Below are positions 32,265-41,174 of a stretch of 64,000 nucleotides of DNA, one piece after another (position 1 is the first letter of the stretch; each line of letters opens with the position of its first letter). Where the stretch lies: the NCBI GenBank assembly GCA_963815195.1, contig CAWFGE010000013.1, positions 512,001-576,000 of the forward strand, written 5' to 3'. The position numbers and the translations under genes are program-made. Source of the stretch: an uncultured Planctomycetaceae bacterium. GTDB taxonomy: Bacteria; Planctomycetota; Planctomycetia; Planctomycetales; Planctomycetaceae. The notes under the pieces were generated by a model. The model saw only the letters and a list, made by a program, of their open reading frames with translations, searched no databases and was not told where the DNA came from.

Positions 32265-35200
32265 TTATTGCCGCCGGGCACCCGCTGGCCGGAAGGCGTC
32301 TTGGGGGATGATGACCGGGTTGGGCTGCGGGATCGGCGGGGCTTTTTGCGGGCTGGGCGGAGTGCCCGGCAGCGGCAGGGCGGTTCCGCCTTTGAGCGGT
32401 CGATACGCCGGGTAGTAGGCCCTGAGGTCCTGTTGGAGCTTCAGTTCCCTATGCTTGGGATCGGCGATCCGGTAGTCCCGGAGGCCGTCGAGCACCGTCC
32501 ACACCCGGCCGTCCGGCCGCTGATACATTCCGTGCTGCTCTTCCAGATTCAGCGGGCGAGCGCCGACGCGGCCGAGCACCGCGATCTGGTTGCCGGACTC
32601 GTCCACCGCCCGGTCGCGGTCCACGCCTTCCGAAAGCGCCAAGGCATGTCCGCCCTTGGGGATCGGGAAGGTCGCGACCAGCCGGGGCGTCGGACGCGGA
32701 CTGAAGCCGCGATAGCCCGGCGTGTTCGTGCCGATCAACTCCACCACCCGCAGGCCGTTCCTGCCGTCCGCGAGATAGGCGAACTCGGTCGTATACGCGA
32801 TGCCCAGCTTGACATCGTGCGCGTCGTTGATGCACCCGTCGGCGTTATAGATCTGATCGATCTTCGGTTCGAGCGGGTTCTTGACATCCACAATCACCAG
32901 CCCTTGATGGCCCCCGGCGACGTAGGCGTAGGTCCGGGCGACATACACGTTGTGGGCTTCTTCGATTTCCACGTGCGAGACGACCTTGGGGTCGGCGAGG
33001 TTCGTGGTGTCGATGACCTTGAGACCTTCCGAATCGCAGACGAAGCCGTAGCGGAACTGCACGCCCACCGACTTGGGATGATGAATCCCCTCGACGACCT
33101 TGCAGAACTTGGGCTTCGTCGGCTCGGAAAGATCGACGATCACGAGGCCCGCATCACAACAGATGTAGGCGTATTCGCCGACGATCTCGATCGCCCGCGC
33201 TCCGCAGAGAATGCCGTCCGGATTGTAGGTCGCAGCCCGTTCGAGGAAGTTATTGAGCGGATTGCCGTCGAGGAGCGTGCCCGCCCCGACCACGACCAGC
33301 CCTTCATACTTGTCGGCGACATAGATGTAGGCATACAGCATGTCGATGGGGGCTTCCATGTTCTCCGGGTGCTGCTTTCGCGTGGGATCGGGGGCGATCG
33401 TCGTGGGAGCCGCCACGTCGGTCGCATACTTGGTCCGCACATAGAAGCGTTGTCCCACGGGCGAGACCGGGGCGGTCACGATGCGTTCCGAGAAGCCTTT
33501 GTGATCCGTGAACGCAATATCGAAGATCCGCAGGCCCATTTCCCCGCAGGCGCAGTACAAATACTCGCCGCGGTGTTGAAGGTTTAAGATTTCCGACTTT
33601 TTGAAGGGATGGAAGATGTTTTCACCGACATCGAAGCCGGGATGCTCGTGGTAGCGATCGAGTTCGTACTCATTCTCCACGTGCTTTTTGTAGTAGTCGG
33701 GGTACACCATTTTGTGCATCGAGCTGCCGATGACGGATTGGGGCTCGTCGCGTTCGGTGACTTGGACCGCGAAGATTCCGTGACTTCCGGCACCGACCCA
33801 GGCGTATTTGCCGATGAAGTTCATGTAGTTCGTGCCCTGCATCAAGAGCTGCGCCATGAGGGCGTTGTTGTCGTTTTGATGCGAGAGGTGGCAGTCGCTG
33901 CAGAGCTTGGTTTCGCCTTTGCCGCGGACGGTGTGCGGGACGTTCGTGCTGAACGCGATGCCGCTCATGCCGTCGCTGGAGATGGTTTGCTGCTGATAAT
34001 AAATCGATTCGCGATTCTTGTTGTACGAGCCGACGTGAATCGCGCACGCGGACCGCACGGGGCCGATCCGCTGCTTGGTGACGATCCCGTCGCGGGCGAG
34101 CATGTAAACCTCGTCGCGGAGCGTTTGCCAGTTGTAGCCGGTGTAGTTGAGGTCCAGGTCGCCTTCGTTGTGCAGTTCCGGCATTTTCTTGTCGGCTTTC
34201 TGCGGCAGATGGCAACCGTAGCAACTGGGGTTCCACGAGGAATGGCAGGCGATGCAGCTCATATTGCCCAGGTTGTGGGCGCATTGGGCTTTCTCCGCGG
34301 GCAGGTTGCCCCAGACCATTTGCTCGCCGGTTTGGTCAAAGCGGACGGTCTTCGAGATTGCCGAGAGCGCGTTGTAGTCGGGGTGGTCGGGATTGATCGT
34401 GTCTTTGACCTGCGTGACTTCCCAACTCATGCCGCGCTCGACCATCGAGTTTTGAATGATCTTCCCGTCCCGCACTTCGAACCGCCGTTTGCCGAAGGGC
34501 GTCCGCATGGCCGTGAGGTTGCGTCCGGGCGGGCCGTTCGGCCGCTCGGCGGCGGCGGGACCGGAGGTCACCATAAATCCGTTGCCGAGTTCCATCGCGT
34601 TCTGGTAGGCGTCGCCGTGGCAATCGACGCACTGGATTTCAATCGCGGCCCGGACTTCGCCGTAGAGCTTGGTATCGCCGTGCACATCCTGGACGAAATG
34701 GCAGTCGATACAGTGCATGCCTTTTTCCAGGTGGATGTCCAGCATGTGCACGGGCACGTTGTCTTTCAGCTTGTCGAGTTCCGCCTCCATCTTTTTGAGC
34801 GACTCGGGCGTCTTTTCGTCGCGGTCGCGGTACAACTGCTTGACGTACTGCGGAATCAGCACCGCCATTTGCAGCTGCGTGTTGGTCGGGTTTTCGATGA
34901 CGTTGCCTTTGTGATCGAGCAGATGCCCGTCGCGGTTTTTCTTGAACACCGTCTGATACACCCAGCCGTGACCGTGGAAGTCGGCGAACTGCGTCTTGGA
35001 CAAATACGGATTGAGTTCGGCGACGCGGGCGAGAAATTCCGGATCGGACCACAGCCCGCGGGCGGAGACGTCGTTGGGGTCGCTCATTTGCGAGCGGACG
35101 AATTCCTCGGAGGTGGGATATCGCTGCTGCTTGGGATACATGTGCTCGCCATCGGTTTCCAGATCCCACCACATGTAGCCCAGGTAGCTGTTCATCACCG

Positions 35201-36545
35201 TGGTGCCGGGGTGCATGTGGCAGACCATGCACTGGCTCGTCGGGATCGCCCGGGTAAAGCGGTGCTCGATCGGATGGCCCGACTCGTCGCTGGGAATCGT
35301 CGGATCGACGCTGGTCACCAACTCATCGAGGTGCGGCGCGGCATAGCCGCGGTTGCCGTATTTCGCATAAGGCCCGGAATGCACCGGCGAGCGGTCGTTG
35401 GCATAGATCACATGGCACGCCGTGCAGCCGCCGTTGCGGTAGTCGCCCGCGTGGTCGTTCGTGCCGATGAAGTTCAGCGTCGGGTCGAGCAGCCGCGTTT
35501 TCTGAAGACCGATGAACACAGGGTCGGTGCGGTTGCCCGTGCCCAGGCCGCGGTTGCCCAGCCGTTCGCGGGGTTTGCCGTTGTCGTTCAAACGTTCGGG
35601 GATGCCGGTCTCGATCACGAACCGCCCGCCTCGCTCAAAGATCCGCAGGACATTGCCCGGCTGGGAGTTTTGATAATGAGGCAGCGGATCGAGAAAGGGC
35701 AAGACGCCTTTGTACTTCATTTCTTCGGGCGTGGGCGGCGGGACGGTTTGCATTCGCTGCGGCACGCCGTGCATGCTGTAGCTTTCGCCGTAGCGCGGCC
35801 ATTTGAAAGGCACGGCTCCGTTGTTGTAGAGGGCCGCCCCCCACAGCATGCAGCCATGGGTCATCATGCTTTTCTTGACTTGGAGGGTTTCCTGGGGATG
35901 GCAGCCCGCGTTGCCGCAACTAATGTGCGCCACCCGCAAATCGCCGGGATTCATAAACCGAATGAACTCCGGGCGTTCGTGGTTGAGCAGGGCATAGCTG
36001 CGAATCGGGTTCGCCGCCGAGATCCACGCATCCGGAAAACGGGGCGAAACGTGGGCCTGATGCTTCACGGTCGAAGTCGGGTCGCCGCCGTGGCAGTCCA
36101 CGCAGCCGATGTTGAGGGCTTTCGAATAATGGGGGTCGTGTTGCGTTTTATGGCATTCCAGGCAGCCCCAACTTTTCGCGCCCGCCATCTCCTTCGTCTG
36201 GTTGAGAAGGTTGAGATTCTGCATCTCCGGCGGAACGGGATAGGGATTCTCCGCGGGAGCGGCCGGCTGGGGAGCGATCGGCGGACCGGCGGGAGCTTCT
36301 CCCACGGCCTGCTCGACTTCGCCGGGCGCGGGCTCGGAAGGTCCGGTTCCCGAAACCTGTTGCACCGCGCGTTTGACTTTCTTGCCGATGCGTTGGCCCA
36401 ACGTTTCCTTGGGAGGAGCGGGGATTTCTTCCGCCGCGACGAATTGGGGGCCGTTGTCCGCGGGCCTCGTCAGCCAGTACACAAACCCGGCCATCACGGC
36501 CAGGCTCGTGCACAGAATCAGCATAGGTATCCTCGCCTGTTTCAT
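32265..36545 (-). CDS. Large multiheme cytochrome c (10 motifs) with C-terminal LVIVD beta-propeller
   Basis: Nine CXXCH plus CGNAGCH; 'LVIVDLSEP', 'LVIVDVKNP', 'YAYVA'; N-terminal TM helix; GGAGG RBS before ATG 36545. Confidence 0.88.
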   Translation of the reverse strand: MKQARIPMLILCTSLAVMAGFVYWLTRPADNGPQFVAAEEIPAPPKETLGQRIGKKVKRAVQQVSGTGPSEPAPGEVEQAVGEAPAGPPIAPQPAAPAENPYPVPPEMQNLNLLNQTKEMAGAKSWGCLECHKTQHDPHYSKALNIGCVDCHGGDPTSTVKHQAHVSPRFPDAWISAANPIRSYALLNHERPEFIRFMNPGDLRVAHISCGNAGCHPQETLQVKKSMMTHGCMLWGAALYNNGAVPFKWPRYGESYSMHGVPQRMQTVPPPTPEEMKYKGVLPFLDPLPHYQNSQPGNVLRIFERGGRFVIETGIPERLNDNGKPRERLGNRGLGTGNRTDPVFIGLQKTRLLDPTLNFIGTNDHAGDYRNGGCTACHVIYANDRSPVHSGPYAKYGNRGYAAPHLDELVTSVDPTIPSDESGHPIEHRFTRAIPTSQCMVCHMHPGTTVMNSYLGYMWWDLETDGEHMYPKQQRYPTSEEFVRSQMSDPNDVSARGLWSDPEFLARVAELNPYLSKTQFADFHGHGWVYQTVFKKNRDGHLLDHKGNVIENPTNTQLQMAVLIPQYVKQLYRDRDEKTPESLKKMEAELDKLKDNVPVHMLDIHLEKGMHCIDCHFVQDVHGDTKLYGEVRAAIEIQCVDCHGDAYQNAMELGNGFMVTSGPAAAERPNGPPGRNLTAMRTPFGKRRFEVRDGKIIQNSMVERGMSWEVTQVKDTINPDHPDYNALSAISKTVRFDQTGEQMVWGNLPAEKAQCAHNLGNMSCIACHSSWNPSCYGCHLPQKADKKMPELHNEGDLDLNYTGYNWQTLRDEVYMLARDGIVTKQRIGPVRSACAIHVGSYNKNRESIYYQQQTISSDGMSGIAFSTNVPHTVRGKGETKLCSDCHLSHQNDNNALMAQLLMQGTNYMNFIGKYAWVGAGSHGIFAVQVTERDEPQSVIGSSMHKMVYPDYYKKHVENEYELDRYHEHPGFDVGENIFHPFKKSEILNLQHRGEYLYCACGEMGLRIFDIAFTDHKGFSERIVTAPVSPVGQRFYVRTKYATDVAAPTTIAPDPTRKQHPENMEAPIDMLYAYIYVADKYEGLVVVGAGTLLDGNPLNNFLERAATYNPDGILCGARAIEIVGEYAYICCDAGLVIVDLSEPTKPKFCKVVEGIHHPKSVGVQFRYGFVCDSEGLKVIDTTNLADPKVVSHVEIEEAHNVYVARTYAYVAGGHQGLVIVDVKNPLEPKIDQIYNADGCINDAHDVKLGIAYTTEFAYLADGRNGLRVVELIGTNTPGYRGFSPRPTPRLVATFPIPKGGHALALSEGVDRDRAVDESGNQIAVLGRVGARPLNLEEQHGMYQRPDGRVWTVLDGLRDYRIADPKHRELKLQQDLRAYYPAYRPLKGGTALPLPGTPPSPQKAPPIPQPNPVIIPQDAFRPAGARRQ

Positions 36546-36764
36546 CAGATTCCGGACCTCCCTATCCAGTCGCCATCCGCTGAGCCGATCCATTGGCGGA
36601 CATCCCGCGCCCGCCGGTCTTGGCAAAAGATCGGGTGTGATAGCGGGATGAGCAAAACGCGTCAAGAGCGATTGTTCATCCGGTTGAAACCAGTGTACTC
36701 CAGTTTCAGTGACCGATTGCGTTGAGCGGAGGAGAGACGCGGATGAAAACGCAGGGACGGAATT

Positions 36765-36800
36765 CAAACCGGCACAGACATTTCTGTCTGCGCCGGTTTG
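36765..36800 (-). terminator. Hairpin after clpP
   Basis: CAAACCGGC.CAGAC / GTCTG.GCCGGTTTG. Confidence 0.55.
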
Positions 36801-36831
36801 GAATGGAACACCGAGGGCTGTCGGAACCTGC

Positions 36832-37435
36832 TTAGTCGCCTGTCGGTTTGGGCATGTGATCGAGAACTTTGTCGATCAAGCCGTATTCTTTGGCTTCGTC
36901 GGCCATCAGGAAATAATCGCGGTCGGTGTCCTGCTCGATTTTGTCCAGCGTTTGGCCGGTATGTTTGAGCAGAATCTGGTTCATGCGGGCCTTGACGCGG
37001 AGGACTTCCTTGGCGTGAATTTCCAATTCCGTGGCCGTGCCTTCCATGCCGGCGAGCGGCTGGTGAATCATGATCCGGCTGTTGGGCAAGTGCATTGCGT
37101 TTGCCCGGGGCTCCCGCGGCCAGGAGCACGGCTCCCATGCTGGCGGCCTGGCCGATGCAGTAGGTGTTCACATCGCAGGTGATGTACTGCATCGTGTCGT
37201 AAATCGCCATGCCCGCTGTGATCGATCCGCCGGGCGAATTGATATACATGTGGATGTCGGCCTTTTCGTCTTCAAACTGTAAGAACAACATCTGGGCCAC
37301 GAGGCTATTGGCGACGGCATCGTTGACCTGGCTCCCCAGAATCACAATGCGGTCTTTGAGCAGCCGGCTGAAAATATCCATCGCCCGCTCTTCGCGGCCG
37401 CTTTTTTCAATGACGTATGGAACGAGTACCGTCAT
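36832..37435 (-). CDS. clpP: ATP-dependent Clp protease proteolytic subunit, frameshift near 37090
   Basis: '[11 protein letters not shown]', 'INSPGGS', 'QAASMG', 'IHQP', 'DTDRD'. Confidence 0.95.
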
Positions 37436-37690
37436 AAGATCATCTCTTTATAAGGGCCGGCCCCGACGGATTCTCCATCAGAGCCACGACCAAATGATAT
37501 GAGGAAATTGAATGGGCCGGTTGACAATCCGAAGCAAATTGCTCTAAACCCAAACGTTTTGCCTTTGTCTGGAGAGGCGACAAACCGACCGGTTTGAAAT
37601 TTCAGGATTTTGGTCATTGGCATTTGTTTCGGATTTCGAGATTCGGATTTTTGCCAAAAGATCGTTCGTCTCGCAAAATCTCAAACGCCT

Positions 37691-38347
37691 TTAAGTGCTG
37701 GACTTTTCTTTTTCGGGACGGGTGAGGACTTCATCGACGAGGCCGTAATCTTTGGCTTCGTGAGCTTTGAGGTAGCGGTCGCGGTCGGTGTCCTTGGCGA
37801 TGACTTCGAGGGGCTGCCCCGTGTGAAAGGCCAGCACCTCGTTAAGGATCTGCCGGGTATCGATGATGTCCTTGGCTTGGATTTCAATATCGGACACCTG
37901 CCCGCCGACTTGCCCGTAGGGCTGGTGGATCATCATTTTGGCATGGGGCAGGGTGTAGCGTTTTCCCTTGGCTCCGCCGGCGACGAGGATCGCTCCGCCG
38001 CTGGCCGCCAGGCCCACGCAGTAGGTGGCGATGTCGCATTCCAGAAACTGCATGGTGTCGTAAATCGCCATCGTGGCTGTCACCGAGCCGCCGGGCGAAT
38101 TGACGTACAGATGCACGTCCTGGTGGCGGTTTTCCGACTGGAGAAACAGGAGTTTCATCACGATCAGGTTGGCCACCGGATCGTTGATCACCCCATCGAG
38201 AAAGACGATGCGGTTTTCGAGGAGCAGGTCTCCAATGCCCATTTGGCGTTGGCGGGTGTAGTCCCCGCGGGCCCGCTGGTTGATCGGAGCGGAATAATCA
38301 GAGCCGGCCCCGGACAAAAACGAGGACATGGCAGGCGGATCGAACAT
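37691..38347 (-). CDS. clpP: Second Clp protease proteolytic subunit
   Basis: 'LLENRIVFL', 'VNSPGGS', 'LAASGG', 'IHQP', 'DTDRD'. Confidence 0.95.
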   Translation of the reverse strand: MFDPPAMSSFLSGAGSDYSAPINQRARGDYTRQRQMGIGDLLLENRIVFLDGVINDPVANLIVMKLLFLQSENRHQDVHLYVNSPGGSVTATMAIYDTMQFLECDIATYCVGLAASGGAILVAGGAKGKRYTLPHAKMMIHQPYGQVGGQVSDIEIQAKDIIDTRQILNEVLAFHTGQPLEVIAKDTDRDRYLKAHEAKDYGLVDEVLTRPEKEKSST

Positions 38348-38555
38348 CAAAGATCCCTTCGTATGGCAAGAACATCCGTTTTGTGAATGGGAGAGCGTTT
38401 GAAATCGCGCCCGGTTGGTGCGCGACATTCGCTCAGGGACTTCAACTGACGTAAGCGTAGTTCATCGCGGTTTTGGTTTGCAAGGTTCGGGTGACAACTG
38501 ATGGATCTCAGAAGCTCTCCCCGAAAAGCACTGGCAAAGCCAGGCAGAATCTGGC

Positions 38556-40027
38556 TTATTCGGCGTCGGCGGTTTCTTCTTCCGGTGGGGCGACCGGCGC
38601 GGCGGCCACGCCGCAGACCGATTGCGGAATCGCCTCGACGCGGCCTTCCTCCGCGTCGGTTTTCATGGGCACTTCCTTAAACTGGCGCGGTCGAGGACCA
38701 CGTCCACCGCTTTCCGCTCGCGGATTTGGGCTTCGAGGTTTTCCATCATGCCCGAGCGAACCAGGCGAGCCCGGACCTTCCGCGGGCTTTCACCCTGCTG
38801 GGCGGCCATGATCGCGATCTCGTAATCCAGTTCTTCGTTGCTGACTTCGATGTTTTCCTTCGTGGCGATCTTGTCGAGAACGAAGTGCTCCTTCAGGGCC
38901 TGCTGGGTGTTGGACACCGCGTTTTGCTGGAGTTCGTTCATGCGGGCCTGGATTTGCTGGCGGGTGAAGCCGGCCTGCTGCATCTCCAATTGCTCCCGGC
39001 GGAGGGCGTTTTCCACCTGCTTCCGGACCAGATCTTCGGGCAGTTCCCAGTCGGCCGACTCGGTGATTTTTTCCAGAACCTGCTCGCGGGTGGACTGCCG
39101 CTGCTCGTAGCGGACCTGGCGTTCGAGCGTCTCGCGGATTTTCTCGCGGAGTTCGTCCACCGACTCCACGCCGATTTCATCGAGAAACGTCTTGTTGAGT
39201 TCCGGCGGCACGTGGCGTTCGATCTCGCGGACGGTGAACTTGGCGTGGACGGTTTCGCCTCGCATTTCCAGGGACTCGGCTTCCTGTGAAACGACGAGAT
39301 CCACTTCGCGGGAATCCCCGACGCCGGCCCCGGTCATCAATTCGCCGAAGTTCGCAAGTTGCGCATCCTGGAACCTCAGGATCGGTTTGAGCTCGACCCG
39401 TTGCCCGGTCATCCGCCGAATCGAGCGGCCGCCCCAAAAGAACTCTCCGTCCAGCCGGAGAAAATCGCCTTCCTCGGCCGCCCCTTCGTGTTTTTCGAAT
39501 TTTCCGAATTGGGACAAAAACCGCTCCTGGTAGCGGTCGACATCGTCGTCGGTCGTTTCGCGGACCGGTCTTTCGATCGTGAGGCCGGTGTAGTCGGGAA
39601 CCTCGAATTCGGGGCGAACTTCCACTTCAAACGAATAGGTGAAATCGCCCTCTTCTGGGATTTCCAGACTCTCCACATCGATGTCCGGCTGGTTGATCGG
39701 GTCCAACTGCTTCTCGGCTTCGAGTTGCCCCAGGCTGTCGATCAGCACCTTTTGCTTGACCTGGTCCGTCATTTCCTTGCGGAATCTCTTGGCGAGAAGC
39801 TCGCGGGGGACATGCCCGATGCGGAAGCCTTTGACCTCGGCGGTCGATTCCAATTCGCCCATCACCTCGTCGAAGTAATGGTCCAAATCGGCGCGGGGCA
39901 CGGTGACATCGACGTGCTTGCGGCAGGGCCCGGCCGTCTCGATTTTGACTTCCAAGTTCAATTTGGGCGCGCCGCCTTCCGCGGTGTCCTCAACGGCGGT
40001 GTCGGGGGTGTGCTCGTCGGTGCTCAT
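38556..40027 (-). CDS. tig: Trigger factor, frameshift near 38680
   Basis: Ribosome-binding motif 'GFRIGHVP'; FKBP-like middle; position upstream of clpP; shifted tail ...EEETADAE*. Confidence 0.93.
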
Positions 40028-40201
40028 GGTCGGTTCCTTCACGAATGGCGAATGTGGTCCCTTGGTGTGGGGCTTGTGACGGGCAAACGGGACAACCCAC
40101 GGATGCCAAGAGTCCGGCTATCGAGATGCGACAAGCCGGACTCCAGAAAGATCAGAACGGAAAGTGATCGTGGTTCTCACCGCGAAAACACTCGTGGAGA
40201 A

Positions 40202-40274
40202 AGCGGGTGAAGGGACTCGAACCCTCGGCCTTCTGCATGGCAAGCAGACGCTCTACCAACTGAGCTACACCCGC
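40202..40274 (-). tRNA. tRNA-Gly (GCC), no encoded CCA
   Basis: Minus strand GCGGGTGTAGCTCAGTTGGTAGAGCG-TCTGC-TTGCCAT-GCAGA-AGGCC-GAGGGTTCGAGTCCCTT-CACCCGCT; full cloverleaf. Confidence 0.95.
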
Positions 40275-40764
40275 GTGGGCCTGGCGAATTTTCCGTCGCC
40301 GGGTTGATTATCTCGCCTGACGCCCGAACGTCAAGCGAATCCCCCGCGGAATTTGGCCCGATCGGTCAGATTCTTTTTCCCGGAATTCCTCTGGAATCCG
40401 CTCGCGAAGTTGCCGCCGGGAGGATGTTGCTGAAACGCTCCCGCGTGATGTCCCCGCCGTCGGAGTTCGGCAACATCCGCCACCTGCCCGTTTTGAACCC
40501 GCGCAAAAAGAAAAAACTTTGCATGCACGGAAAACCCTTGTTTGCCAATAGGTTACGGCGAAAATCGGAGCGAAAGCCGCGGCGATGTTTGGAACTTTCA
40601 CCGGATCGGCATCCGGCGTGCTTTTCCAGTCCGGCACCAAACGCGGAAAACAAACTTTCTCTCAAAAATCACCTCTCTCAAAAACGACGTTGTCCTTTCT
40701 CGATCTGGACCGCCGAGGACTGTCACCCCCTCGGCTCCAGGAAACTCAGTTGTCAACCAAGCGT

Positions 40765-40800
40765 CCCCGCTCTCGGCCCACACCGAGAGCGGGGTTTTTT
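40765..40800 (+). terminator. Strong Rho-independent terminator with no convincing upstream CDS
   Basis: CCCCGCTCTCGG-CCCACA-CCGAGAGCGGGG-TTTTTT. Confidence 0.75.
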
Positions 40801-40950
40801 GCGTTGGGCAAATGCCTAAACCGAATTATTCATAGCCCGAAGCGCAAGCGAGGGAAATTGTTTGCAATCCTTCCTTGCAATTCGGGCTACTAATTGAGAC
40901 GGCTAAAACGCTCTCGGGAACCGTGGAAGCCCGCGAAACGAGCCTTTGCA

Positions 40951-40966
40951 GGTTTCACGTGAAACA
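40951..40966. promoter_or_regulatory. parS: parS centromere-like site
   Basis: GGTTTCACGTGAAACA, 15/16 to consensus TGTTTCACGTGAAACA. Confidence 0.85.
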
Positions 40967-41009
40967 CAAAAGCCGGGCGAATCGGGGTGACTGCGAAGGT
41001 TGGCGAAGG

Positions 41010-41025
41010 TGTTTCACGTGAAACC
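41010..41025. promoter_or_regulatory. parS: parS centromere-like site
   Basis: TGTTTCACGTGAAACC, 15/16 to consensus. Confidence 0.85.
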
Positions 41026-41174
41026 GGCCGGGGGGAAAATCCGCTCAAAACGAAACCCCGACGCCGGTTGGGGGGTTAATATCAGAAGGGTTTGATCAAA
41101 TCCCTCCGAAATGGCCACCCGTCGGGCGTGCCAGCGATCCGGATTCCCCTCAGATTCTCGAGGAGCAGGTTTCC

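Noticed and set aside
22152..36545. Mtr/Pcc-type porin-cytochrome conduit or anammox hydrazine enzymes
   Set aside because: No beta-barrel porin gene and no recognisable HAO, HDH or HZS architecture in the window
33609..36725. 1038-aa + strand ORF and other long antisense ORFs (e.g. 22762-24375, 59025-60875, 63264-63992)
   Set aside because: Shadow frames of real genes in high-GC DNA; no motifs
40304..40893. Several short ORFs next to tRNA-Gly; possible integrated island
   Set aside because: No coding signature, no integrase and no duplicated tRNA 3' end
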